A stretch of DNA of 64,000 nucleotides from a virus (Duplodnaviria > Caudoviricetes), in the IMG/VR virus record IMGVR_UViG_3300028048_003124, one strand, 5' to 3'. The position numbers and the translations under genes are program-made. Numbering within the stretch: the first letter of the stretch is position 1; every line of letters starts with the position of its first letter. A model generated the notes under the pieces. That model did no database searches. It worked only from the letters and a program-made list of their open reading frames with translations, and was not told the origin of the DNA. This document shows, in pieces, positions 9,850-19,192 of this stretch.

Positions 9850-10765
9850 GTTCGAAAGGCAAAAAACTTCTATACGGCTTGTTCGTATGAGGGAGGTTGA
9901 GTACTTTCGGACTTTGGTGGGCAGCGCCAGCCAGTCCCTTTAAGGACAGGAAGGGGTGCGTTGCCCCAAGGAGAGTAAGTCTGCGATTAGATGGTTAGAG
10001 AAGCCGTCTAATTAGGGTTAAAACGCAGATGTATGTGCGTAACGCCGCCTGAAAGAAGAAAGCCCTGTGCCGTTGGATCTTGGCTCTGGGTGTAAGAGTT
10101 CGGACGCCGTTGAGATGCCATACCCCTCGAGGATTTTGTCGGCGGTCGGTCTATGAGACAGCCTAGTACGCTACTAGGCAGTAAGGTTCCGATCAGGGGT
10201 TAGATGCCGAGTATAGCGCAAAATACGTCGCCGGAAGATAATGTCTGGCGGCGAGTGGCGCTCCCCTACGATGAGTGTGAAGAGCGTAGAGATGGTTGGG
10301 GAGCCAACGCCACCAGTTCTCGCAGAACTGGTATCCCTTGACGAGATTACTGTCGCAAACCCTGAAAACGGCAGGTAGGCGAGTCAGTGTATGTCCGATG
10401 AGCGGTTTATCCCGATGAGCGGTAGCAAGACTCGCCTATGGGACTTCCGAGGTTGCTGTGAGCCTGTGCATAGGATAGGCGTTTTCCGACTTTAATCGCC
10501 CCATGCAATCACACAGTCGTTATATAAGGATGAGCCGAGGAATAGCAGGTTGCATGATTGCGTGGAGTCTATAGATAGACGTGTGAAGCGTATGAAGTGA
10601 TGGACTTTGTCCGACTTGTTCCTTATATGATGTAACTGATCCTAAGGTCGGCAGGGGAGTTTCCTCTTTAAGTTAGTGCTTAAAGATGGCTAAAGAGTTG
10701 GTAACAACTAGAAGCGAGGATGCGTAAGAAACTCCAGTCAGGTAGTGGGTAAGCCTGACATCCCT
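9850..10765 (+). ncRNA. candidate large structured ncRNA (~0.9 kb, GOLLD-sized)
   Basis: GC-rich island with no ORF in the track beyond 9900, many nested helices, promoter upstream and tRNA immediately downstream. Confidence 0.65.
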
Positions 10766-10778
10766 TCCCTTTAAGTAT

Positions 10779-10862
10779 GCGGATATGGCGGAATAGGCAG
10801 ACGCGCCAGATTTAGGATCTGGTATCTCAGATGTGCAGGTTCAAGTCCTGTTATCCGCACCA
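10779..10862 (+). tRNA. tRNA-Leu(UAG)
   Basis: Cloverleaf; anticodon arm ccaga-tttagga-tctgg, variable arm, GGTTCAAGTCC, encoded CCA. Confidence 0.95.
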
Positions 10863-10897
10863 TGGGTAATAACCATGAAAATGGTTTAAATAATGGT

Positions 10898-11241
10898 ACT
10901 CCTTTTGGTAAGGGCACTTTGCTTTTATCTTAACTAAGAATACAGGAGGGTAAATATCATGTCAGATAAAAACTACTATGAGGTCATGATTGACCATTCA
11001 ACCTTTTCAACAGCAAAATGGGCAGTTGTCAGCTACCCGAAGGATAAGTGTATCAAGAACGGTGAGCACATCAGTGACCATGAACTCGCTCAAAAACTGC
11101 TCGCGATCATTTCAAGAAAAACAGGTTTGTCAAATCTCGTCATCCATTCGATCACACTTCTCGGCGACGATGTCATCATAATTGATGACGAGCCCGTTGA
11201 TTAAAACTCCTTTCGGCAAGGGCACTTAGCTTCTGCCTTAA
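10898..11241 (+). repeat. 36-bp imperfect direct repeats flanking a single small gene
   Basis: 10898-10933 versus 11206-11241, 30/36 identical. Confidence 0.8.
10959..11204 (+). CDS. small hypothetical protein (cassette-like)
   Basis: ORF with AGGAGG RBS; more C-ending codons than neighbours. Confidence 0.75.
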   Translation: MSDKNYYEVMIDHSTFSTAKWAVVSYPKDKCIKNGEHISDHELAQKLLAIISRKTGLSNLVIHSITLLGDDVIIIDDEPVD

Positions 11242-11526
11242 TTATATTCTTTGTTGTTTGGTAAAGATAGCTACAATTAAATATAATTTTAGTTGTAGCT
11301 ATCAGATCCACTATATGTACAGCAAGAAGATTAATACATCAACGTGTATTTTGTGTATAGCCTCAAGATGCCAGCGTTAGTTTAAAGATGAGCTAACGCT
11401 GGCGGAAGGTATAATTAGCTCCCCTAAGGGTGTTGTGAGTAAGAGTATCTTCCCAGCTCTAAGTCATCAACTTAATGTAAAAGACTAAATCGCCCTAACT
11501 CATAACTTGTCGTTTCCCTGACGGAT

Positions 11527-11571
11527 AGCGGTCATCATTGCAGAGATGTGATGATGACCGCTATTACTTTT
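11527..11571 (+). terminator. intrinsic terminator
   Basis: agcggtcatcatt / gatgatgaccgct hairpin followed by T-rich tail. Confidence 0.7.
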
Positions 11572-11613
11572 ATACGAAGAAGCATAGGGTATGTTTTAGG
11601 TGATTGTGCTATA

Positions 11614-11716
11614 TTAGAATAGTTATATGTTTTATTAGAATCTAGAAGTATAGATATTAGTTTTTAGAGGTAGATTTATTAGAACTTAGAAAAGATTTTT
11701 TATTAGAGATAGGTGT
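11614..11716 (+). repeat. TTAGA-N3-TAGAAG array 3
   Basis: Units at 11614, 11635, 11657, 11679, 11703. Confidence 0.7.
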
Positions 11717-12225
11717 GGATTTAACCAGTTTTGTAACCAGGGTAGTGTTAGGAAGATTAGGTTAAGAGCTAATAATTAGTGTTTTATCGATTGTTCCTAT
11801 GTGCTATAAATATATAGTTAAAACTGAGATTGTTGTAGCATCTTATCTCGTACTTTCTTAGAGTGTGCATCTTTCTTGGGATTGTTAGAGTTTCCTCAGG
11901 ATTGTGTAACTAGTTGTAAGTGTTGTTAGATTACTTTGATTGTTTATTTTTTCTGAAGATTTGGTTATTATTTTTGGTTATAAAAATACTTATTTATTTT
12001 TAACTATATTTTCAGACAAAGATTTTCGGCTTAACCACTGGCTTTTTGAGAATTTTGTGTGGGTGGTAGGGCTATTGTGCGTTTTGTTTTGTTATTTTTC
12101 TAACTAAGATTTATACTTTTTTGTTGAGAGTTATAGAGAGTGTATAGATTGTTTTTGATTGTAATTCTTTTTTGTAGGATTTATAATTGTAGATATTTTT
12201 TCTGCCTAATTTTTGTATGAGTGTA

Positions 12226-12254
12226 TTGCTTTATTTTCCGAATTATGGTAAAAT
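12226..12254 (+). promoter_or_regulatory. sigma-A type promoter
   Basis: TTGCTT-17-TAAAAT with TG extension; two array units (12294, 12315) lie just downstream. Confidence 0.6.
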
Positions 12255-12348
12255 AATATTTGTAAGATATATTTGGTAAGCTTTTATACTTTATTAGAAT
12301 AGTGATATATTTCATTAGATTTTAGAAGCTTGATTAGAGGTACAGATT

Positions 12349-12951
12349 ATGAAGAACTTTTTCTCTGTTATGATTAAGTGCAAAGATGAGATTTATGAAC
12401 GGCGTGACAGGAATGCAGCTGATGTGTTTGTTAAGGTGCGTGATTTTGTTGAGTCTGGTAGGTATTCTAGTTGTAAGCGAGCTTCTGACATCGCTAAGCT
12501 GACTTTGCGTGGTTTAAAGGATTCTGATATTGCCATTAAGTTTGACAGGTCTGTAGAAACTGTGAGGTCTGAGAAAAGGAAGATTAGTGTAGAGTTGTGG
12601 TCGATCTTTCCTGCTGATTTCTTTGATAATCTGTTGGACTACAGGAATAAATCTTCCTATGTTGATAGTTGTATCTTTGCCTTAAACTATTGGGGAAGTG
12701 CTTCCGATGTAGTACTTCTATCAGACGTAGTCAAAGGCGTGTTGCTTAGTGGCAAAATTCAGGGTAATGACTACACTATCGAAGAGTTAAAGGATGAGAT
12801 AGGTGTTTTGAGGCTATATACCAGAGATTATCTGGAAACTAATCTAAGCATGTCAGATATTGACAAGTTACGATACATAATCGCTATATTGGACGGCGTA
12901 AAGGGCGACTTGAGTATCAAATCTGAAATAATAAAAAGGCTTACGGCTTAA
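12349..12951 (+). CDS. putative HTH DNA-binding protein
   Basis: GLKDSDIAIKFDRSVETVRSEKRKI resembles a LuxR/sigma region-4 HTH. Confidence 0.55.
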   Translation: MKNFFSVMIKCKDEIYERRDRNAADVFVKVRDFVESGRYSSCKRASDIAKLTLRGLKDSDIAIKFDRSVETVRSEKRKISVELWSIFPADFFDNLLDYRNKSSYVDSCIFALNYWGSASDVVLLSDVVKGVLLSGKIQGNDYTIEELKDEIGVLRLYTRDYLETNLSMSDIDKLRYIIAILDGVKGDLSIKSEIIKRLTA

Positions 12952-12956
12952 CGATA

Positions 12957-14273
12957 ATGGGGGTACATACTATGTATAATTGTGAGAAGCTTTTTGGTAA
13001 GCGTGTTATCAACGCATATTATGAGTTTAACTTCGCCATGGCACTTGCAGCTGAGTGCGGTAGACGAGGGGACTGTCTAGATATGAGGAGTATGCGTATT
13101 CCCGATAAGGAGATACTTTCCGACTCAGATATTGCTTATATGCGGTATCTTAGAGACCTTGGGTATATGTATGATGGCACCTTAGATGAACCGAGGCTGT
13201 CAAGAGGTTCAGATACAGAGTTACTTCAAAGAAGTAAGGGCGGCTTTTTTAATACAGATCTTATTGAAGATCTTGGTATTAAGGTTGTTGATTGTAAAGA
13301 AGATATGTATTACTGGTGTTCAGAGTATGCTTACAGTTGTTATGGTAAGTACATTCAGGCTGAACTAAACAGGAAAAGGGTAAGTAATACAACTCTACAT
13401 ATTCTTGCGTATCTGTTCTTATCAATAGAGCTCGGTGAAATACCTAAGAAACCTATTCATTTCTTTTATAAGACATTAGAGACTTGCAACATTTATCTGT
13501 ATCAAAGTCTTATGGCTTGTGAGAAAAGTATTCCAACCCTGAAGGGTAATGTTTTCATTGACTTAGATGAAGACTATATCGAGAATGTTGGAGATATGGA
13601 TTTCAATCTTTTGGCAAGCATTGCTTCTCATAGCGGTAAGATGAGGAAGTGGTCTTGTTCTGAGAAGATTGCAGCTTTTGAGAGATATGGGTTAAAGAAG
13701 GGTAGTATCTGTATTCTATACGAAAGAGGCGGAGTTAGTGAGAGTAACTCAGTTGGTGTAATCTCTGGGGCTTGTGTTGTAAGGATTGATGACTATTTCG
13801 ATGGGATAAGCGGAGATGTAACAGAGAGTGGAAAGTATAAAAAGAAGGGTAGAGCAGGATGGGTAGTAACGAAGTTTAGTGTAAATAAGACAAAAGAAGA
13901 AATGCTAGACGATTACTATGGAATTGATGAAGAGTACAAGAGTACTTTCAAAGATTTGCTCAACCCGTCGTTAGGAAGTACGCAGACGTTCATGTCTTTT
14001 GAAAACGTAGGTATTGGAACTTACTTCTTAGATGAAGAGTATCTTTTAATGCCTATAGAAAGAGACTGTAAAAATAAGAAGAAGGTAACTATTGATGGCA
14101 AGAGTGCTGTTATCGACTTAGATGATGTGGAAGCGATATACTGGATTTTAAATCAGTTTGGTGTTGACTTTGATAAAGAGGAATACAAAAGGTTTTACAA
14201 TAATGGTGAAGATCTTACATACGATATGTTTGATTGCAGAACAATTGATACTCATCGTGGTATAGAGGTATGA
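12957..14273 (+). CDS. hypothetical protein
   Basis: 438-aa ORF in operon with the HTH gene. Confidence 0.75.
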   Translation: MGVHTMYNCEKLFGKRVINAYYEFNFAMALAAECGRRGDCLDMRSMRIPDKEILSDSDIAYMRYLRDLGYMYDGTLDEPRLSRGSDTELLQRSKGGFFNTDLIEDLGIKVVDCKEDMYYWCSEYAYSCYGKYIQAELNRKRVSNTTLHILAYLFLSIELGEIPKKPIHFFYKTLETCNIYLYQSLMACEKSIPTLKGNVFIDLDEDYIENVGDMDFNLLASIASHSGKMRKWSCSEKIAAFERYGLKKGSICILYERGGVSESNSVGVISGACVVRIDDYFDGISGDVTESGKYKKKGRAGWVVTKFSVNKTKEEMLDDYYGIDEEYKSTFKDLLNPSLGSTQTFMSFENVGIGTYFLDEEYLLMPIERDCKNKKKVTIDGKSAVIDLDDVEAIYWILNQFGVDFDKEEYKRFYNNGEDLTYDMFDCRTIDTHRGIEV

Positions 14274-14320
14274 CAGGAAGAGTGTACGACTATATCATTT
14301 TGGTATGAGAGGTATCTTTA

Positions 14321-14440
14321 TTAGAAAAAAGAAAAGGTAATTCAGATATATAAGGTGTTTTATTAGTTCCTAGAAGAAATAATATAGTTCCGTGAAGGAA
14401 TAAATTAGAATTACAATAGTGTTTAATTAGATCTTAGAAA
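14321..14440 (+). repeat. 21-bp-phased TTAGA-N3-TAGAAG array 4
   Basis: Units at 14321, 14342, 14363, 14384, 14405, 14427. Confidence 0.8.
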
Positions 14441-14446
14441 AAACAG

Positions 14447-16597
14447 TTGTTTATAGAGAAGGTGTTTGTGTTGTCTACTAATTCAGTTTTTGATGATTTG
14501 ATGGACTTTTCCGCTACAAAAGAGAGTGAAAAGCGTTCAAAAATGAAGCCGAGTGATAGATTGATCGCCGACATAGAAGGGTATGGGTTCAATTTGTCTC
14601 AGCTTGAGGTTGTTTTAAAGACGTCTGGTCATCAGCTAATTGTGTCTTGTGCAGGAAGCGGTAAGACAACTAGTATTATTTTTAAGATAATATATGATCT
14701 TAAGTCTGGCAGAAGTACGGTTATGAGGCAAGTAGGTGATAAACCAATTCGTGTACCTGATACAATCTGGGTAGCAACGTTTTTAAAGTCTGGCGCAGAT
14801 GAGTTAAAGAACTCTTACAGACGTTGGTGCAACCGTCTACATTGTGCAGATATGTCTCAGGTAATCCAGTTTAGTACCCTGCATGCAGAGTTTAAGCGTG
14901 TTATAACTCAACTTGGTATGAATACAGATATTATCTCTGAATCTGAGAATAAGTCTTTACTCAAGAAAATTTTAAACAATTATGGTATAAAGAGCTCCAA
15001 AGGTGTGCAACTTAATGAAGACGAACTTAGTTCGTTGGTAGGTGCGTTAACTAGGACTAGAAACAGGCTTGATAACAAGCGTTACGAGAGTGATATCTAT
15101 GAGGACCTTGGTCTCACTGGTAGTGTTATCGACTGTGTTCTCAGAGATTGGAAGGTTGCTCGTGGCGTAAAAAATATGGTAGATTTTGAAGATCTGCAAG
15201 AGATTTTGTATGATGCTTGCTATGTCCAAAAGAGTGAGGCTATCATTAACTTCCTCGCAGATAGGTATAAGTTTATTTACCTTGATGAGTTTCAAGATAC
15301 ATCACAAATCCAGTATGCGATTTTAAAGATCTATGCTTCTCAGGCTCGTCAGGTGATAGCTATTGGTGATGATGACCAGACCATCTACTCGTGGAGGGGT
15401 AGTGATAATGAGATTATTACTAAAAAATTCCTTTTAGACTTTTCTCCAGTGAAGAATGACCTGTCAGTAAATTTCAGGTGTCCTGAAAAAATCCTTAATT
15501 CCATTAAACCCAGTATAGTGAATAATGTAAACAGATTTAATAAGGTACTGACAAGTGCGAATACAGGAGGTTTAGTGAGATATGGCAGTTACCCAGGGTA
15601 CAGACACATGGCAATGGCTCTTGGTGATTTGGTATATGATGATGTAGCTAAAGGAATGTCAGTAGCTATACTGTGCAGAACTAATAGTGACGGTCTTTTA
15701 CCAGCGCTATTCTTTGACAAGATGGGTAAGTTTTCTTACAGTATATCTGGAAAAAGCATGACGCTTGATTCCTATATAGGTAGACTGGTACTTTCTATAG
15801 TTAAACTGTTTACGGATAGATATTCTAGTGATGTTAAAAGAGCCCTGAACTTGCTAACATTTGATACATACGGTGTCAAAAAGTTGATGAGTGTATGTAA
15901 GTCTAGTGGTGAAAGTATATGGACTATAAATGCTGAAGATTTGAAGTATTCATGTTTTGAGATTGCCGACAGGATTTTATCTTGGAGGGATTTTCGTAAG
16001 AACTCAGGTGATATTACCACGCTAAAGCTTGTTTTACAAGAATACCGCTACAGCGTTTTTGTGAGGGAAAACCAGTTTAACGATATTATGAAATCGGTTC
16101 TTTTGAGTGTTGAGAGTATTCTTGATTACTATGATTATGACTCGGTAGATGATTTCTTGGTTGAGTTGCAGGATATTAACGAGAGGTTAAAGGCTAGGGA
16201 GAAAAAGGCAAACGCTCAGGTAAAAATAGCAACCGTTCATGAGTTCAAGGGTAAGGAGTCCGATTCTGTATACATCTGGAATGACTCAGAGAATGTTTTT
16301 CCTTATAAGAGGAGTACAGATACTCTTGAAGAGTTAGAAGAGGAGAGAAGGATACACTATATTGCAGGCACTCGTGCTAAAAAGGTAAGCACGATTATGT
16401 ACCTAAGAGGTCACAAAGGCTCTTTTGTTGACGAGATGGACTTATCCGAAGCAGAAGAGTTAGTAGGAGAGACGTCTGGGGTACTTAAAAAGGCAATAGA
16501 AAATAACATGGTTGAGAATAAGGGTATGCAAGAGTTTGTAAAAGAGGTAAGTGTTGATACTGGTGAGATTGACGAAGATGGTAACTTGGTAACATAA
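14447..16597 (+). CDS. UvrD/PcrA/Rep superfamily-1 helicase (start uncertain)
   Basis: CAGSGKTT, TLH, LDEFQDT, IGDDDQTIYSWRG, NFRC, TVHEFKGKE, EEERRIHYIAGTRAK. Confidence 0.95.
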   Translation: MFIEKVFVLSTNSVFDDLMDFSATKESEKRSKMKPSDRLIADIEGYGFNLSQLEVVLKTSGHQLIVSCAGSGKTTSIIFKIIYDLKSGRSTVMRQVGDKPIRVPDTIWVATFLKSGADELKNSYRRWCNRLHCADMSQVIQFSTLHAEFKRVITQLGMNTDIISESENKSLLKKILNNYGIKSSKGVQLNEDELSSLVGALTRTRNRLDNKRYESDIYEDLGLTGSVIDCVLRDWKVARGVKNMVDFEDLQEILYDACYVQKSEAIINFLADRYKFIYLDEFQDTSQIQYAILKIYASQARQVIAIGDDDQTIYSWRGSDNEIITKKFLLDFSPVKNDLSVNFRCPEKILNSIKPSIVNNVNRFNKVLTSANTGGLVRYGSYPGYRHMAMALGDLVYDDVAKGMSVAILCRTNSDGLLPALFFDKMGKFSYSISGKSMTLDSYIGRLVLSIVKLFTDRYSSDVKRALNLLTFDTYGVKKLMSVCKSSGESIWTINAEDLKYSCFEIADRILSWRDFRKNSGDITTLKLVLQEYRYSVFVRENQFNDIMKSVLLSVESILDYYDYDSVDDFLVELQDINERLKAREKKANAQVKIATVHEFKGKESDSVYIWNDSENVFPYKRSTDTLEELEEERRIHYIAGTRAKKVSTIMYLRGHKGSFVDEMDLSEAEELVGETSGVLKKAIENNMVENKGMQEFVKEVSVDTGEIDEDGNLVT

Positions 16598-16654
16598 ATA
16601 AGTACTTTGGGAAATACAGGTTATAATTTTAAGAGTAAAAGGAGTTTTGTTTCC

Positions 16655-17146
16655 ATGAAGTTATTTGATGTAACTTGCCCGAAATGTGGAGGCAGTATAA
16701 GCGTTCAAGAAGGTGTAAAATTCGGGGATAAGTTGAAGTGTAGTTATTGTGATTGTAACTTCATATTTGACGACGGTGTGAAACGTGTAGAGCACAAAGT
16801 TGTCGGAGGGAGAGAAGCAGGCTATGACTTTGAAATGGGAAGGATGCAAGCCCAGCGAGATGCTGAGCTTCGCAAAGAGGAGTATGAAGCCAACTTAGAG
16901 GCAGCAATGGCTCAGCAAGACGAGGTTCAAAAGCAGTGGGAAAGGGAAAGACAGGCTAAGTATGACGAGGCTGAAAAGCATAGGAAAAGAGGTAGAATTA
17001 TTTTATGGATTTTATTCTTTCCTATAATGCTTTTAGCAACGGTATTAAAGTCAAGTAAGATTAGCTTTGAAGCAAAGCTGTTTATAGTCGTAATCGCAAT
17101 AGGTGGTATAATTTACATATGTACAGGAGGTAGACTCTGGTCATGA
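16655..17146 (+). CDS. zinc-ribbon / coiled-coil membrane protein
   Basis: CPKCGG...CSYC, charged helix, two C-terminal hydrophobic segments; AGGAG RBS. Confidence 0.75.
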   Translation: MKLFDVTCPKCGGSISVQEGVKFGDKLKCSYCDCNFIFDDGVKRVEHKVVGGREAGYDFEMGRMQAQRDAELRKEEYEANLEAAMAQQDEVQKQWERERQAKYDEAEKHRKRGRIILWILFFPIMLLATVLKSSKISFEAKLFIVVIAIGGIIYICTGGRLWS

Positions 17147-18048
17147 TGGTTGTACACGATGAGATAGAATTAACTCTGGAAAACTTTCGAGATATACTAA
17201 AATCAGAAGGATATAATTTGGACGTCCAAGATGTTATAAGGAGCGCCATTATTGATGGTGTTGATTTAATGCCTTTTTTAGAGGAGTGTAAGAACAATCC
17301 TTACAGATTGGACCAAATACGACTTGGTAAGAAAGAGGGTATTGACGAGGTTTTCTTTAGCGTACATTCAGGAGAGGGTATTTACAAAATAAGACAGCTA
17401 CAAAAGAAAGGCGTAAATCTGAGTACCCTCGAGGCGCATATAAGGCGTGGAAAGTTGAATGAATATGCCTTAGACAAGCTGATATTCTGGACAGGAGAAG
17501 GGTATAATCTGACTGGATTAAATCTGGCAATCATTCCGAAATCTCTATTTGACGTATTCGAGCAGGGGTTGGAGAAAGGTTTTAATATGAAGCCTTTTAA
17601 CGATGGTCGTCAATACTCTGCTGATTATATAAGATATTGTTTGATTATTATGTCAAACAGAAAGCCAGTAGATGATTTGGTAGGTAAAACAGTATGGTCA
17701 GAGGAGAGTATAAGGGTGTTGGCAAAGAACTCCCGAGTTCTTTCCGATTCCAAATGGTCTGTTTTACTGCATACCATTAATAATAACATAACGCCAGAAA
17801 AACTGTCTGTTCTTATTCTTTGCCTTAAGAACGATATTGATATAGGCTATTTTGTAGAACCAAAGGAGCATGGTGATTGTTTTTGGAGTGTGGATAGTTT
17901 GTCGCTTGTCGTAAAGGCTTACGAGTCAGGTCTAAGCTGGAGGAAGTTGGTGAAGGTCGGACCTGATGAGGACAGTGTTCAGGGTTTATACAACGAGCTA
18001 AAATTAGCAAAATCTAAAAAGGTTGGTGGTAGACTTCTTAAGGGGTAA
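17143..18048 (+). CDS. helical-repeat hypothetical protein
   Basis: Recurring ...GVDL/GID/GVNL/GYNL/GFNM repeat units. Confidence 0.7.
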   Translation: MMVVHDEIELTLENFRDILKSEGYNLDVQDVIRSAIIDGVDLMPFLEECKNNPYRLDQIRLGKKEGIDEVFFSVHSGEGIYKIRQLQKKGVNLSTLEAHIRRGKLNEYALDKLIFWTGEGYNLTGLNLAIIPKSLFDVFEQGLEKGFNMKPFNDGRQYSADYIRYCLIIMSNRKPVDDLVGKTVWSEESIRVLAKNSRVLSDSKWSVLLHTINNNITPEKLSVLILCLKNDIDIGYFVEPKEHGDCFWSVDSLSLVVKAYESGLSWRKLVKVGPDEDSVQGLYNELKLAKSKKVGGRLLKG

Positions 18049-18106
18049 AGGTAGCGAGAGTGTAGGAAAGTTTTTTAAGAAAGTGTAAAAAACTTTCACG
18101 AAGGGA

Positions 18107-18135
18107 TTGCAAAATTTTAAGAAATATGCTATAAT
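18107..18135 (+). promoter_or_regulatory. sigma-A type promoter
   Basis: TTGCAA-17-TATAAT with TG extension. Confidence 0.75.
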
Positions 18136-18219
18136 ATACATGTAAAATAAAAAAAGGCGGTCACGGTGCTGTGTGGTGGGAAGCCACTACCGTGAGAGCC
18201 GAGAAAGGGGACGCAATTT

Positions 18220-19137
18220 ATGTATTTTAGTAATTTATTACCCAGTGTACCTGAGGGTGAGATTGTTCGTGAGGACGGGTTGTCCTTACCGATTATCTTC
18301 AACCCCGAGGATGCGGAGGACTTGGTAAACCACACTGTACGTCATATAGGCGACAGGATCGTGGTTACTGGTGAGACTTCGGAAGGTATCAACATCTTCT
18401 CTACTGAAGGCAGAGAGATCGATATGGAGTCGAAGTTAACTCCGTTCCGCAAAGTACCTCATTTGACATGGTCGGAAGTTTCCGATACAGAGGAGAACCC
18501 GATCGTGGTTGTTCTAACTAAGGGTGTTCGATTCTACAGCGATATTCCCACATATATCGAAGTGTTATACATTAACAACGATATGATGCTGATCTCTTTG
18601 GTGTACGGTGCGTGTGCTTTTGAGATGGCTGATGGAGATTACATACCGCTACAGCGTTGTAGTAGGGCAAATATAGATGCAGAAACGCACAGAGTATTTT
18701 CCACTATGGATTGTAGAGAGCTTAAGGCTCACACGTTATGTGCCACCAAGGGTGGTTATGACAAGTCTTACAATCAGACATGCCCCCTGTTAATTACAGG
18801 AAGTGTTGATAAGGGGCTTGGCGTAAGGTGCCTGAGCAACAAAGGGTATGTATTCAATCCCGAAAGGGTTGAAAAAGTTGTTTCCGCTGAGAAGGCTGAG
18901 CTTGAGGCTAAGCGTACAGCAGTCGAGGCGAAACGGGCTGAGAATATCGAGAGGACCAAGGTGGCTCTTAGAGCTGCTGAGGAACGCAAGGCAGAGGAGT
19001 TGGCTCGTAAGGAGGCATCTAAAAAGTCAAAAGCGAGACGAACCCCTAAGGGTACTTCGGGTAGTGCGGAGAGGTCAGATCCCACGAAAAGAAATATGGG
19101 TGCAGCGAATTTCCTGTCGATACTCAGTCAAAAATAG
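18220..19137 (+). CDS. hypothetical protein with basic coiled-coil tail
   Basis: ORF with AAAGGGG RBS. Confidence 0.75.
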   Translation: MYFSNLLPSVPEGEIVREDGLSLPIIFNPEDAEDLVNHTVRHIGDRIVVTGETSEGINIFSTEGREIDMESKLTPFRKVPHLTWSEVSDTEENPIVVVLTKGVRFYSDIPTYIEVLYINNDMMLISLVYGACAFEMADGDYIPLQRCSRANIDAETHRVFSTMDCRELKAHTLCATKGGYDKSYNQTCPLLITGSVDKGLGVRCLSNKGYVFNPERVEKVVSAEKAELEAKRTAVEAKRAENIERTKVALRAAEERKAEELARKEASKKSKARRTPKGTSGSAERSDPTKRNMGAANFLSILSQK

Positions 19138-19192
19138 TAGGCAATACACAAAACACAAGGTTGTAATTAGTTTTAAGAAAGGTTGGTACTTT

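Noticed and set aside
9850-10765. rRNA fragment, tmRNA, RNase P or group II intron
   Set aside because: I could not find their hallmark sequences (rRNA conserved blocks, Ala-type acceptor ends, GAGGAAAGUCC, GUGYG start with domain V). This is by eye only and needs cmscan.
2495-14440. CRISPR interpretation of the periodic arrays
   Set aside because: The period is only ~21 bp, the units are degenerate, there are no spacer-length unique sequences and no cas genes.
18848-19192. N-terminal extension of the dockerin protein in the ORF track
   Set aside because: It overlaps the 18220 gene; the signal peptide and RBS indicate a start at 19193.
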